DNA of 64,000 bases from NCBI GenBank assembly GCA_965218095.1, contig OZ244587.1, positions 1,472,001 through 1,536,000 of the forward strand, written 5' to 3'. The translations under genes were made by a program, and so were the position numbers. The DNA comes from Candidatus Poribacteria bacterium (GTDB taxonomy: Bacteria; Poribacteria; WGA-4E; PCPOR2b). Under the pieces are notes generated by a model. It worked only from the letters and a program-made list of their open reading frames with translations, did not search any database and was not told where the DNA came from. Below are positions 50,689-61,049 of the stretch, piece after piece. Numbering within the stretch: the stretch's first letter is position 1; each line of letters opens with the position of its first letter.

Positions 50689-52185
50689 CTACTTTTGCGC
50701 GATAGCGAGGTTTCGATGAAGGCCACACATGAGCTCTCGAGATTTGAAATTTGGCGAGAAATCGTACAGCCCGTAGTGAAGCAACCCATCATTTGCAACA
50801 ATCTCATCTTCAACAGGATCGAAAACCAGACGTTGCAAATATACATTCTTGTGCCCGATCCTTTGTACATCCATGTTCCGCCGTTTTGTAATTTGTACGG
50901 CTTCCTGAAGTTCAGGTGGGATCGGCTCGTGATTTCGACGCATCTGTAGATATTTCTTCATCACATGCCAACGCTTGGGACCGCCGTTATAAAAGCTATA
51001 ATCCGTCCAGTGATACGGATCTGGATCTTGCGCGAGGTTGAGTTCATCTTTGAGGATTTTGGCATTCTTGCTGTAAAAATCCAGACACTCATCGAAGCGA
51101 TAGGCCCCATCCCGCTTGATATGATAGGCCGCCAGGAAAGCACCAATGTGAGGGGCTTTCAGAAGATTGATGTAATATTGCCCGGTCGGATTTTCTTGGC
51201 GATTGTAGGTGCCCTTTAGCTCCTCTTCCAATCGGACGAGATAGTCCGCCCAGGTCAGTCGCGTCCCCGTCCAATCCTCGCCAGGGCTGAGAAACTCAAA
51301 AAAAGGACTATACACAGGCGTACTTGGATCTAAAATGTGGCGAATCAAGTTGGGTAAGACTGCAAGATTATTCTGAGCGATGCCAATATCATCGTTGCCA
51401 ATGGCATTCGTATTGCGGCCGACTGTGGTTTCATTGAAATCGGTCTCAATTTCAAAAATCTTCAATAGCCGCAACGGGTCTACGCCGGCAACCTGTCCCG
51501 CAATAAGCGCGAATGGAAAGTAACGTCGTCCCTCAAACAGCGTTCTGCTTAACGCCATCGTGGAATATCTCGGCACGTTTAATCGTTTTTGGTATACCAG
51601 TTCGTTCGTGGTAATCCCATATACTTTCTGCTCAGTTTCCGGATCAAAATTGTTATAGATACTATATGCTTGATCGATCGCTGGTTGAATCCGTTGATTA
51701 AAGATCATTTGGTAATCGGAGCGCACTTTCTGGTCGTAAACGATAACGTGCTGCCCATCCCAATCGCTTCGAGCATATCCGTCTATAGTGAGCTGAATCA
51801 ACTTCTCTTGGAAAGTTTGACCCGGTTTCGTGAGTTGCTCCAGAACATCATCAATTGCAGCGTCCTGTACTTTCTTCTGGTTTGTGAGCGTGAAGGTAAC
51901 GGTCTGATTGTTTTTAAGATAGTGCCAGAACGTCTCTCGCTCCCTCACCACGCGATAGGCTAGAAAGGCACCAAGCCCCAGCGGAAGCAGGAGGCAAATG
52001 GTGAGAGTAGCTCGGACAAACATCCGAAAAAAGTGCTTCGCCCGTGCGGTGAGAGAAGTTTCTGGAATATACGGCGGGAGAATTTCACTCAGACGTTCAT
52101 TTATTTCTTGCTGTTCAGAGGAATGTGTCTCAGTAGGATAAGACTCTAATGTCTTCGGTAATGTGTTCATGGTCCTCATCTCCAT
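50689..52185 (-). CDS. Membrane-anchored hypothetical protein with divergent lytic transglycosylase-like motifs
   Basis: One TM helix; GVDP..L..I..IETDF, DIGIAQNN and YNGGP resemble SLT motifs I-III. Confidence 0.6.
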   Translation of the reverse strand: MEMRTMNTLPKTLESYPTETHSSEQQEINERLSEILPPYIPETSLTARAKHFFRMFVRATLTICLLLPLGLGAFLAYRVVRERETFWHYLKNNQTVTFTLTNQKKVQDAAIDDVLEQLTKPGQTFQEKLIQLTIDGYARSDWDGQHVIVYDQKVRSDYQMIFNQRIQPAIDQAYSIYNNFDPETEQKVYGITTNELVYQKRLNVPRYSTMALSRTLFEGRRYFPFALIAGQVAGVDPLRLLKIFEIETDFNETTVGRNTNAIGNDDIGIAQNNLAVLPNLIRHILDPSTPVYSPFFEFLSPGEDWTGTRLTWADYLVRLEEELKGTYNRQENPTGQYYINLLKAPHIGAFLAAYHIKRDGAYRFDECLDFYSKNAKILKDELNLAQDPDPYHWTDYSFYNGGPKRWHVMKKYLQMRRNHEPIPPELQEAVQITKRRNMDVQRIGHKNVYLQRLVFDPVEDEIVANDGLLHYGLYDFSPNFKSRELMCGLHRNLAIAQK

Positions 52186-52359
52186 TCATGGTCCTCATCT
52201 CCATAGGATAAAGTAAAGATTTCAGTGGTTTGGAGACCGGGCTGGTGTTCTATCATTAACCCCTTGAGGGCCCATGCTGTGACTCCATCCATGCGTGAAA
52301 CGTAAAACGTAAAAAATTGTCCGGCTTACGTTTCACACTTTAGGCCTCTTAGGTCGGTG

Positions 52360-54507
52360 TTAAGCGGTGCTCCTGAAGAAGTATTCCAACTGCTCAAGCG
52401 GGGTGTCCAACTGCATTGGCATCAACTCGTTAATAAGCGATCGAAGTTGATTTTCACGCCCTGGGACGCTCTGAAGTTGCAGATTTTGCGTGTTCAAGTA
52501 TTTCTTCAGTTGCTCTACGAGGAAGGTCTGCAACCCTTTCCCAGATTCGTGCAATTGTGCCGGCAGCAATGCGGGAACATTAATTCCGCTGATAAAGATC
52601 TCAATCAGCTCCAATTGGTAGTCAATCTGTTCGGCGATTTGCTCGTATTTCTCAATTGCAGACTCACGCACCTGATCATTGAACCCTGCGACATCACGAT
52701 GGACAAACTCCGTATAAGTAGTATTCCAATTATTTTCATTGAATTGCTCGTTAGCGGTGCAAAACTCTTCCAACTTTTTCGTAATCTTCGTTAGCCGATT
52801 CGATAAAGCCATGTTGATGTCGTCATGAAGGGTAGTGATCAGCGGGGCAAGTGTTCTAAGGAATTCAAGCTCAAATTCCTTATAATTCTCATCCGATTCC
52901 CGCTGCATCAGTTCAATCAGTTGATTAGAAATATCGCGCAAGTCGGGAAACTCCTTCAAATGAAGTTGAACTAAGATGTAAGCAGATTTTGCCAGACCAA
53001 AAGCAACATCAAGCGCGGAGTCGTTGGCTTGTTCTTGAATATGCTGAATGGCTTTTTGGACCTCCAGCAACCGCTCGTAAAAGCTCATTTGTCCCTCTGT
53101 TTTGTCAAGGGTGTAGGTGCGGGAGTTAGGCACTTCAAACGCTTTCTTCGTGAGGATCTCACGTCTGTCATTGATTTCACGATGGCGTTGCTTATCTTCC
53201 GCATCTTCAAGGGCTTGTGCAAGCGATTGGACAGGCTCTTGAAGCGCATCAACCTGGACGCGGATGGGCGGATAGTGGGTGTAGCGGAAATCTGTCGTAA
53301 TGTCGCGAATCCCCTCTAACAACTCGACAAGGATCTCTTCATACGCTTGATCTTCGAGAGGCGAGTACTCCACTTCTTCTTGTTCCACATCTTCTTCTTC
53401 GTCTAATAACCTTTGCACAAATTGATAGAGATATTCAAGTTGGTGCTCTTGTAGCAAAGAGGTCTCTGTATAGAAGCAGAGTTTATCCTTCAAAATTGCA
53501 CAACCATCAGTGACTGCCCCCCGGTCCAGGCTCAACGCTGCGAGGCTGATATGCATCAAATCCTCCTCAATTTCTGAGAAGTGTTTCTCAAAGACAAAGG
53601 CTAGCATCTCATACATTTCGTCCGGAACGGGTTCGGGGCGGGTTTGATCGAGGGTTGGACGCTGACCGGGGTGTCCCCCACGCGCGGGTTGACGTGCTTT
53701 TGTGATAATTAAGGGGCGCTCTTCATCTTCTGGAAAGCTGGTAGATCGGCGCATAGAAGTTCGTTGGTTGTATAGGTTGAGTGCCTCCTGGTAGTGTTGG
53801 AGCAGCTCCTCATTGCCGAGTTCGATCAGTAAGGACTCAATAGTATTCTTCGGATCGATGACGATACCTTCCTGGGCGAGTAATCGATTCGACAGGGCGG
53901 CAAACCCATCGGCCCCCAAATTCCGGAAGGGGCGCAGCAAATATGCCCGTTGACCGTCAATACAGATTTTATGTTGCCCGAGTGGAAAAAACTGTTCGAC
54001 AGGCTTCCGATCACTATCGAACCAGATCTCCAGCGGATAGGTCTTGTTATAAACCTGGAAATTGATCGCTCTGGTTTTGAGTTGATTAAACAGCCCCTGA
54101 TTGACGTGAGCCAGATCATTTGCATCAACAAGGATGGCAGAAGAATTGTCGTCCGTATAAAAGTTTGCTTCAATGATCCGGTCTTCTGGAAGAAAATGAC
54201 GTCGTTCGATGATATGTGTTCCTGTGGCGTTTTCATTCGTAATTGCAAGCCGCGGGATGTCATACGCATCGTAGTAGTAATAAGATTTCCAACTCAAGGA
54301 GCGCCGTCTCATTTTCTCAAACAACTGATACGACAAACGCTCCTTGACTTGCCTTTCACGTCGTGTTGCCGTTTCCTCATAGATGGCAATTTCCTCAGTG
54401 GCCTCAGGCGCTTGCAGGCTGAGTTGCGGGAGCGTCGAAGTCTTTTTCTTTCCTGAAAGGTGCGTGAGTGTGTTCTCAATATATTTACTCCAATTTGTCA
54501 TACTCAT
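52360..54507 (-). CDS. Hypothetical acidic, helical protein (about 715 aa)
   Basis: Long ORF with protein-like composition; no family recognised; start uncertain. Confidence 0.7.
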   Translation of the reverse strand: MSMTNWSKYIENTLTHLSGKKKTSTLPQLSLQAPEATEEIAIYEETATRRERQVKERLSYQLFEKMRRRSLSWKSYYYYDAYDIPRLAITNENATGTHIIERRHFLPEDRIIEANFYTDDNSSAILVDANDLAHVNQGLFNQLKTRAINFQVYNKTYPLEIWFDSDRKPVEQFFPLGQHKICIDGQRAYLLRPFRNLGADGFAALSNRLLAQEGIVIDPKNTIESLLIELGNEELLQHYQEALNLYNQRTSMRRSTSFPEDEERPLIITKARQPARGGHPGQRPTLDQTRPEPVPDEMYEMLAFVFEKHFSEIEEDLMHISLAALSLDRGAVTDGCAILKDKLCFYTETSLLQEHQLEYLYQFVQRLLDEEEDVEQEEVEYSPLEDQAYEEILVELLEGIRDITTDFRYTHYPPIRVQVDALQEPVQSLAQALEDAEDKQRHREINDRREILTKKAFEVPNSRTYTLDKTEGQMSFYERLLEVQKAIQHIQEQANDSALDVAFGLAKSAYILVQLHLKEFPDLRDISNQLIELMQRESDENYKEFELEFLRTLAPLITTLHDDINMALSNRLTKITKKLEEFCTANEQFNENNWNTTYTEFVHRDVAGFNDQVRESAIEKYEQIAEQIDYQLELIEIFISGINVPALLPAQLHESGKGLQTFLVEQLKKYLNTQNLQLQSVPGRENQLRSLINELMPMQLDTPLEQLEYFFRSTA

Positions 54508-54713
54508 CTCCTTAGAATTTTGGCGTACGATCGCCACTAGTCTAATCTGTAGTCTATATCCACCACTATGTGGAACGCTTTTGCTGAAATAGTTGTTTCA
54601 TTTTTGAGCAATCTAGTGTATAATTTCCAAAAGTCCGAATTCATAATTACTTGTGAACTTATTGAATCCTCAGTTCTTTATCAGACAACTAATTTATTAT
54701 AGCACAACTTCTC

Positions 54714-55694
54714 ATGGAAGAAAAGAAGAATCTCACTACAGTGGAAAATCCTCAGCAACTAATGAAGCATGAGGCTTCAGCGGATCGTCTACCCTCAGAA
54801 TCCCTGAAACAGGTGTTGTTAGGGTTAGATTTATTGGTGGAGGACTTTGAAAAATCTGATAGTTTTGTGAATCAAATCGAACATTTTATTTCAGCCCCGC
54901 TGGCGTTTGATGTGCTTCAGAGAAAGGTCATACATCTCATCGAAAGCCTTAAAACCGTCACGGAGCGGTCAGTTGAAAATTACCAATATCTCGCCGACGT
55001 CCTCGAAGATATCTACCGACAGACAATTGAACTGGAAAATGCAATCGGTGAAACCCACGAAAGCCTTAACGCTCGCTTCACGTTCTGGCTGCACACATTT
55101 CAATCTGGAAATCGGAGTGAGGGAAAGACCTCACGCGAAATCCCAAACTTTTCGGAATTTCTCGATTTGCTCGCTGCAAGGCATGGTCGCTACGCTTACT
55201 TTTTAGCGCCATTCGAATCAAAACCGCTTCTCATTTGCCGGTATATCCCACTTGATTCCAGTGCAGCAAACTTTGCGGCCGATGCCCTGCAATTTTCCAC
55301 CTACGTTGCACCGCCGACCGGATCGTTTCGCGTCTTAAAAAGAGCATGGGATAAACTGTTCAAATCTCCCAATAAAAGTGTGTTACACCTTTTTCACCAT
55401 TCTCGCTCCAGGTCGTTACTTGGAACATTCAAGCGACGTTCATCGGTCTTGATGACCCCCTATCGCCCCTATCAACATAGCGAACTGGATCAACTTCCCA
55501 AAATCGTCTATGATTTCATCAATATCTACGGCATTTCCGGATGCTGTCACGTCCACCTGTTAAAGCGCGATGATCAATGTGCTGTGTTCGCAACACAGCG
55601 ACACGTCCAGTTTGACGGGCGTTCAGTTCAGTTGTCCGACGCGGATTGCCCCGGCGAATCACCGAAAGACCGTCATCGGCTAATCATTGAATAG
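54714..55694 (+). CDS. Hypothetical protein (326 aa)
   Basis: Long ORF divergent from the previous gene; helical N-terminus; no family recognised. Confidence 0.65.
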   Translation: MEEKKNLTTVENPQQLMKHEASADRLPSESLKQVLLGLDLLVEDFEKSDSFVNQIEHFISAPLAFDVLQRKVIHLIESLKTVTERSVENYQYLADVLEDIYRQTIELENAIGETHESLNARFTFWLHTFQSGNRSEGKTSREIPNFSEFLDLLAARHGRYAYFLAPFESKPLLICRYIPLDSSAANFAADALQFSTYVAPPTGSFRVLKRAWDKLFKSPNKSVLHLFHHSRSRSLLGTFKRRSSVLMTPYRPYQHSELDQLPKIVYDFINIYGISGCCHVHLLKRDDQCAVFATQRHVQFDGRSVQLSDADCPGESPKDRHRLIIE

Positions 55695-55751
55695 AGGCGT
55701 GAAACGTGAGGCGTGAAACGTGAGGCGTGAAACGTGAGGCGTGAAACGTGA
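55694..55751. repeat. Perfect tandem repeat (GAGGCGTGAAACGT)x4, i.e. alternating heptamers
   Basis: Directly visible; same family as the dispersed (A/G)CGT(G/A)A heptamer tracts. Confidence 0.95.
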
Positions 55752-55853
55752 AGGGTTTCGTTAATTTGCTACTTTCTACTATACACTAAACTCAAAAATC
55801 TGTCAACACAAAACATTCAATTCAATCTAAAGAAAACTGAAATCATTTAAGTG

Positions 55854-55882
55854 TTGACAAGCCCAATCAGATTTGGTATGCT
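55854..55882 (+). promoter_or_regulatory. Sigma70 promoter of the Mo-hydroxylase operon
   Basis: TTGACA-17-TATGCT with extended -10 TG. Confidence 0.65.
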
Positions 55883-55954
55883 TTAACATTCAAGGAGATG
55901 TCAAATATCCTGCGGGGCACGGGAATGCCCCGTCCTTTCAGGGAGGTTTTAACA

Positions 55955-56821
55955 TTGAGAAATTTTGAGTTTTTTGAACCCACAACAATTGAAGAAGCGT
56001 CATCCCTGCTTACCCAATACAATGGTAAAGCTCAACTTTTAGCCGGCGGAACAGATCTTATTATCGCAATGAAAGATCGGGCGATGACGCCTGAATACGT
56101 TATCAGTTTGGAAAAAATTCCTGAATTAGATGGCGTCACATATGATGAGGGCAACGGTCTGCGAATCGGCGCCATGACAAAGATGCGGACATTGGAACTA
56201 GATCCAATCATCCGTGACCGGTACGCAGCCATTGCGGAAGGGGCGGAAGAGGTTGGTGGCATCCACATTCGCAACCTTGCAACGATAGGTGGTAACATCA
56301 GTCATGGGTCGCCTGCTGCAGATACTGCTGCGCCGTTGTTGGTATTCGGAACACAGGTCAACATTGCTAGCACAGATGGTGAGCGCACGGTGCCAATCGA
56401 AGAATTCTTCCTGGGACCGGGAGAAACTGTGCTAAAGACAGGGGAGATTGTTACGGCGTTTGAATGTCCGCCGCCTCAAGCAAATGAAGGTTCGCAGTAT
56501 ATCAAACAAAAAATCAGAGAAGTGATGGATCTCGCCTTCGTTGGCGTGGCAACATCTGTAAAACTGAATAATGGCGCCGTAGAAGATACGAAGATTGGGC
56601 TTGCAGCCGTGGCGCCCACTCCCATTCGAGCGACCGATGCCGAGGCGATCATTAATGGGCACTTCCTAACAGCGGATCTGTTGGAACAAGTGGCAGTTGC
56701 CGCCTCGGCTCAATCACGTCCAATTTCAGATCTGCGGTGTTCAGCCAAATATCGTCGAGAGATGGTCGGCGTCTTAACCCGGCGGACTATTCAGACCGCG
56801 ACTAACCGCGCACAAGGCTAG
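55955..56821 (+). CDS. Xanthine dehydrogenase/CoxM-family FAD subunit
   Basis: LAGGTDL, IRNLATIGGN and SPAAD motifs; start TTG after GGAGGT. Confidence 0.92.
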   Translation: MRNFEFFEPTTIEEASSLLTQYNGKAQLLAGGTDLIIAMKDRAMTPEYVISLEKIPELDGVTYDEGNGLRIGAMTKMRTLELDPIIRDRYAAIAEGAEEVGGIHIRNLATIGGNISHGSPAADTAAPLLVFGTQVNIASTDGERTVPIEEFFLGPGETVLKTGEIVTAFECPPPQANEGSQYIKQKIREVMDLAFVGVATSVKLNNGAVEDTKIGLAAVAPTPIRATDAEAIINGHFLTADLLEQVAVAASAQSRPISDLRCSAKYRREMVGVLTRRTIQTATNRAQG

Positions 56822-56881
56822 TTCAATCTTCCAAAGGTTCAAAACCTTTGAAAGGTTAGAGATTAAACGAGGAGAAATCAG

Positions 56882-57361
56882 ATGAAGAAGTATCCAGTCA
56901 GTTTGACAGTCAACGATGATCAGTATGACCTGCTGATCGAACCTAGAAAAACACTGTTGGCGACCCTTCGTGATACGATTGGTTTAACGGGTACAAAGGA
57001 AGGCTGTAGCACTGGTGACTGTGGGGCTTGCACAGTTATTGTGGACGGGAAATCCGTGACATCTTGTATGGTGCTTGGTGTGAGCGCCAATGGCAAAGAG
57101 ATCACAACAATCGAAGGACTTGCGAGCCGCGATCAATTGCACCCCATCCAGCAAGCATTCATGGATAAAGGTGGGTATCAGTGTGGCTTCTGCACGCCGG
57201 GGTTCATCGTCGCGTCCAAAGCATACCTTGATGAAAACCTGAATGCAACAGAAGCCGAATTGAGACATGCACTCGGTAACAATATTTGCCGATGCACGGG
57301 GTATACGAAGATTATCGAAGCGGTGATGAGTGCGGCTGAAGTTATGCGTAGTAACGCGTGA
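56882..57361 (+). CDS. CoxS-family [2Fe-2S] subunit
   Basis: GC..GDCGAC, QCGFC and CRCTGY motifs. Confidence 0.95.
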   Translation: MKKYPVSLTVNDDQYDLLIEPRKTLLATLRDTIGLTGTKEGCSTGDCGACTVIVDGKSVTSCMVLGVSANGKEITTIEGLASRDQLHPIQQAFMDKGGYQCGFCTPGFIVASKAYLDENLNATEAELRHALGNNICRCTGYTKIIEAVMSAAEVMRSNA

Positions 57362-57601
57362 TGCGTATTACATTACATATTGCGTATTGTGGTGACCCTA
57401 CATTTTATACTGTGCAACGGCATAAACTATGTTTTTCTGTTGTCATTCTCAGCGAAGCGAAGGATTTTGTTATTCAGAGATCCTTTGTCAGGAAGCTACC
57501 CTGAGCGAGGCCGATAACCGAAAAGTGCAATTTAATGCGGTGTTGAGTATACTCATCACGCTTCACGTTTCATTCCAGAATTCGAAAAAGGAGTATTTTT
57601 C

Positions 57602-59899
57602 ATGTCAGAATATTCAGTGATTGGCAAAAGTCTACCTAGAGTTGATGCACTTGAAAAAGTGACGGGTGCGGCGCAGTACGGGGCAGATGTTCTACTGCCC
57701 GGTATGCTTTATGGGAAGTTTGTTCGCAGCAAACACCCCCATGCGAAGATTCTTCATATCAATACAAGTGAAGCGGAAAAGCTGCCTGGTGTGCGTGCTA
57801 TTATTACGCAGGAGGATGTCGAGAGTGGGCGACGGGTCTTTGCTACTGACAAAGTCCTGTACCTCGGTGAACCCATTGCGGCAGTTGCGGCAACCGATCC
57901 GGACATCGCAGAGGAAGCCATCGATCTCATCAAAGTCGAATATGAAGTGCTACCCGTCGTTCAGGACGTGATGGAAGCCATTAAGCCTTCGGCGCCGCAC
58001 TTGCACAGCGGTGATACAAAAGATGGTCCGACCCGCCGAGCGATTAAAGCGAAATTGAAAAAGTTCGAAGATGACAGTTCGCAAGATCACAGCACGGAGA
58101 TTGACGAGTTAAATGCGCAGTTGAAAGACCTTGAAGATGAGCTCTATTACAACATCTCCGCTGAAACACACTCTGCGGCTGGCGATATCGAACAAGGCTT
58201 CGCGGAATCAGATCTTGTTGTCGAAGACACATACATCATTCCCCGGGTCCATCAGACCTACATGGAGCCGCATGTCTCCGTTGCTGATGTCGAGTCCACC
58301 GGAAAAGTTACGGTGTGGGCAAGCACACAGGGCCCCTTTGCCATCCGATCCGGCATCGCTGGAACGCTTGGTATTCCGCTTAACCAGATTAACGTCATCC
58401 CGACAACAATGGGCGGTGGATTTGGTGGACGGTTCGGCGTTGTGCTCACGCATGTGCCTGCTGTCCTCCTTTCCCAGAAGACAGGACGTCCGGTGAAGAT
58501 TCAGATGACCCGCGAAGAGGAGTTTACCGATGGCCGTCCGGCGCCGGGATGTGTCATCAAGCTGAAGACCGGTGTGAAGAACGATGGCACAATCCTCGCT
58601 CGTGAAGGCCTTGCTTTCTGGGATTCCGGCTCCATATCTGGCGCCTCGATCGGTAGCACTATTCGCCTGCGTGGCGTCTATAAATTCCCGCACCTGAGGG
58701 TTGACGCGTACGGCGTTTACACCAACAAGTCTGGGACAGCCGCCTATCGCGCGCCGGGGACGCCGCAAGTCGCTTTCGCCGGCGAATCTCAGCTTGACGA
58801 GATCGCACGCAGACTCAACCTGGATCCAGTCGAATTCCGCCTCAAGAATATGCGGGTCGAAGGCGATCCGGTGCCTGCAGGCGCGAAAGAGCCGAAAGTC
58901 GGCTATAAGGAAACCCTGCAAGCTGTCGCTGATGCAGTTGACTGGAAGAATCGGACGAAAGGACCGAACCAAGGTTGGGGCGTAGCAATTGGCGATTGGA
59001 CAAATGGCTGTGGCCCCGGTGGGATGTACGTCTCTATCCACGAGGATGGCAGCGCCCGAATCTTCCACGGCTCGATAGACATCACCGGCACGGATACGGC
59101 ACTTGCCCAGATCGTTGCTGAAGTCTTGACCCTTCCTTATGATGAGGTCACCATCACTCGCGGCGACACCGATTCTGCGCCCTATGCAACCGGTTCTGGC
59201 GGCAGTGTCGTGACCTTTACGATGGGCAATACCGCCAAGCTCGCGGCTGAAGACACGCGACAACGTCTCCTTGAGCTCGCCGCTGAAAGGCTGAACATGT
59301 CGATTGATGACCTCGAACTCAAAGATGGAAAGGTTTCAACGGTTGTTGGAGATCCACCGAAATCTATTGGATTCGGTGAGTTGGCAGCCTACAGTCTTTC
59401 AACAACAGGGGGACCCATCATTGGCAAAGGTTCGTTTGCACGTAAGCCGAGCACGCCCGCTCTCGCTGCACAAATTGCAAAGGTCGAGGTCGATCCGGAC
59501 ACTGGTAGAATCAAGGTACTGAAGATGGCATCATCACAGGATGTCGGCTTTGCGATTAACCCAATGGCGGTTGAGGGGCAGATTGAAGGCGGAACAGTGC
59601 AGGGCTACGCCTGGGCGACCATGGAGGAGATGCAGTATAACGAGAACGGCAACGTGAATCCGGGCTTCGTCGATTACCGTGTGCCGACCACCGCAGACCT
59701 CCCCACGGTAGAGTCGGTTATTGTTGAGGTTGAATCACCCCATGGCCCCTTTGGCGCAAAGGGTGTCGGTGAACCGCCGATCACACCAACGCTGGCAACG
59801 ATGGCAAACGCCGTCGCCGATGCGGTTGACGTCCGGATTACAGAACTCCCGATGAAGCCGGAAAAGGTTGTCGAAACGTTGCATAGCAACGGGAAGTAA
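57602..59899 (+). CDS. Xanthine dehydrogenase-family molybdopterin-binding subunit
   Basis: GGGFGG, AYRAPG, GQIEGG and GAKGVGE motifs. Confidence 0.93.
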   Translation: MSEYSVIGKSLPRVDALEKVTGAAQYGADVLLPGMLYGKFVRSKHPHAKILHINTSEAEKLPGVRAIITQEDVESGRRVFATDKVLYLGEPIAAVAATDPDIAEEAIDLIKVEYEVLPVVQDVMEAIKPSAPHLHSGDTKDGPTRRAIKAKLKKFEDDSSQDHSTEIDELNAQLKDLEDELYYNISAETHSAAGDIEQGFAESDLVVEDTYIIPRVHQTYMEPHVSVADVESTGKVTVWASTQGPFAIRSGIAGTLGIPLNQINVIPTTMGGGFGGRFGVVLTHVPAVLLSQKTGRPVKIQMTREEEFTDGRPAPGCVIKLKTGVKNDGTILAREGLAFWDSGSISGASIGSTIRLRGVYKFPHLRVDAYGVYTNKSGTAAYRAPGTPQVAFAGESQLDEIARRLNLDPVEFRLKNMRVEGDPVPAGAKEPKVGYKETLQAVADAVDWKNRTKGPNQGWGVAIGDWTNGCGPGGMYVSIHEDGSARIFHGSIDITGTDTALAQIVAEVLTLPYDEVTITRGDTDSAPYATGSGGSVVTFTMGNTAKLAAEDTRQRLLELAAERLNMSIDDLELKDGKVSTVVGDPPKSIGFGELAAYSLSTTGGPIIGKGSFARKPSTPALAAQIAKVEVDPDTGRIKVLKMASSQDVGFAINPMAVEGQIEGGTVQGYAWATMEEMQYNENGNVNPGFVDYRVPTTADLPTVESVIVEVESPHGPFGAKGVGEPPITPTLATMANAVADAVDVRITELPMKPEKVVETLHSNGK

Positions 59900-60023
59900 C
59901 TCACGCTTTTCCCATCTCCTCCTCTATCGGGAGGGGATGGGATTAGTGTATGCTCTCAATGAGAGCACACATTAAAGATCTATAAAAACAGATACGATTA
60001 GAAAAATCACATCGAGAAAAGGC

Positions 60024-60170
60024 ATGTGGAATTTGATCAGTTCATGAAAGAACTCGCCGTTGACTTTCTAGCGGAGATTGTTTCTCTTTTCTTGCCGGAC
60101 TTGGCACGGTGATTAGATTTCTCCCAGACAAAAGATCTTAACAAGATGCTTTACACTGCCTCTCCCAAAA
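60024..60170 (+). pseudogene. Remnant N-terminus of an Rpn/PD-(D/E)xK transposase-like protein
   Basis: FDQFMKEL..FL.E...LFLPDLAR*LDFS...LNK.LYT resembles the Rpn/YhgA-like N-terminus; internal TGA. Confidence 0.5.
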
Positions 60171-60193
60171 GAGTGGCAGATAGAGAAACATCT

Positions 60194-60931
60194 ATGTTTG
60201 GCGAAATTAAAAACGCGCTTGGCGAACTGCTAGACTACAGCTTCCATACGGGTAAAGAAGAATCCAAAAACATTGTCGTCCTTGGTCACGGCGTGACCGG
60301 CAACAAAGACCGGCCTTTCATCGCGGCGTTGGCGGAAGGCTTGGCGGCGGCAGGCATTCCAGCCTTACGCATCTCCTTCTCCGGCAATGGCGACTCGGAG
60401 GGCAAATTTACCGATTCAACCATTTCCAAAGAGGTTGAGGATCTGGGAGCTGTACTCGACGCCGTGAACGGTTACACCGTCTGTTACGTCGGTCACAGCA
60501 TGGGTGGAGCTGTGGGTGTGCTTCGGGCAGGGGTAGACGATCGCATTAAGTTACTCGTTTCTTTGGCAGGCATGGTCCACACCAAGACTTTCGCGCAAAC
60601 TGAATTCGGCGATGTCACCCCCGGAGAAGGCTTCATGTGGGACGAACCCAATTGCCCGCTCTCGCAAGCCTACATGGATGATTTGACGCAGATTGACACG
60701 GTTGTTGAGCTCGCACCGCAGATCGCCGTGCCGTGGCTTTTCGTTCATGGCGCCGATGATGACGTTGTGCCGATTCAAGATTCCTACGACATCTTCGACG
60801 AGGCAAACGAGCCCAAACAATTCATTGAAATTAAAGGCGCAAACCACGTATTCAGTGATGAATTTACTCCCCTTATAGTCGAGAAGGTGGCCAACTGGAT
60901 AACAACTCAGTGGTTTCATAAGTCCGTATAG
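60194..60931 (+). CDS. Alpha/beta hydrolase
   Basis: HG, GHSMG, HG..DDVVP and ANH motifs. Confidence 0.9.
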   Translation: MFGEIKNALGELLDYSFHTGKEESKNIVVLGHGVTGNKDRPFIAALAEGLAAAGIPALRISFSGNGDSEGKFTDSTISKEVEDLGAVLDAVNGYTVCYVGHSMGGAVGVLRAGVDDRIKLLVSLAGMVHTKTFAQTEFGDVTPGEGFMWDEPNCPLSQAYMDDLTQIDTVVELAPQIAVPWLFVHGADDDVVPIQDSYDIFDEANEPKQFIEIKGANHVFSDEFTPLIVEKVANWITTQWFHKSV

Positions 60932-60935
60932 GGTT

Positions 60936-60966
60936 GACCTGACAGGTTTTTGAAACCTGTCAGGTC
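60936..60966. repeat. Nested palindrome of a dispersed 31-33 bp family (also 33499-33531, 56825-56857, 63132-63164)
   Basis: GACCTGACAGGTTT-TTG-AAACCTGTCAGGTC. Confidence 0.75.
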
Positions 60967-61049
60967 TGGGGGCAAACCCTATATGAATTTAAGAAATAGA
61001 CCACGCAGTTTGCCCAATTCGATCAGAAGACGAAAGCGTAGATCCGGGA

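Noticed and set aside
55694-55751. Possible CRISPR array
   Set aside because: Contiguous 14-bp units with no spacers and no cas genes in the window.
58208-59263. 351-aa antisense ORF and many other overlapping ORFs in the track
   Set aside because: Shadows of well-supported genes on the other strand or frame, with no motifs of their own.
55955-59899. Aerobic CO dehydrogenase (coxMSL)
   Set aside because: The active-site loop is AYRAPG, not AYxCSFR (form I) or AYxGAGR (form II).
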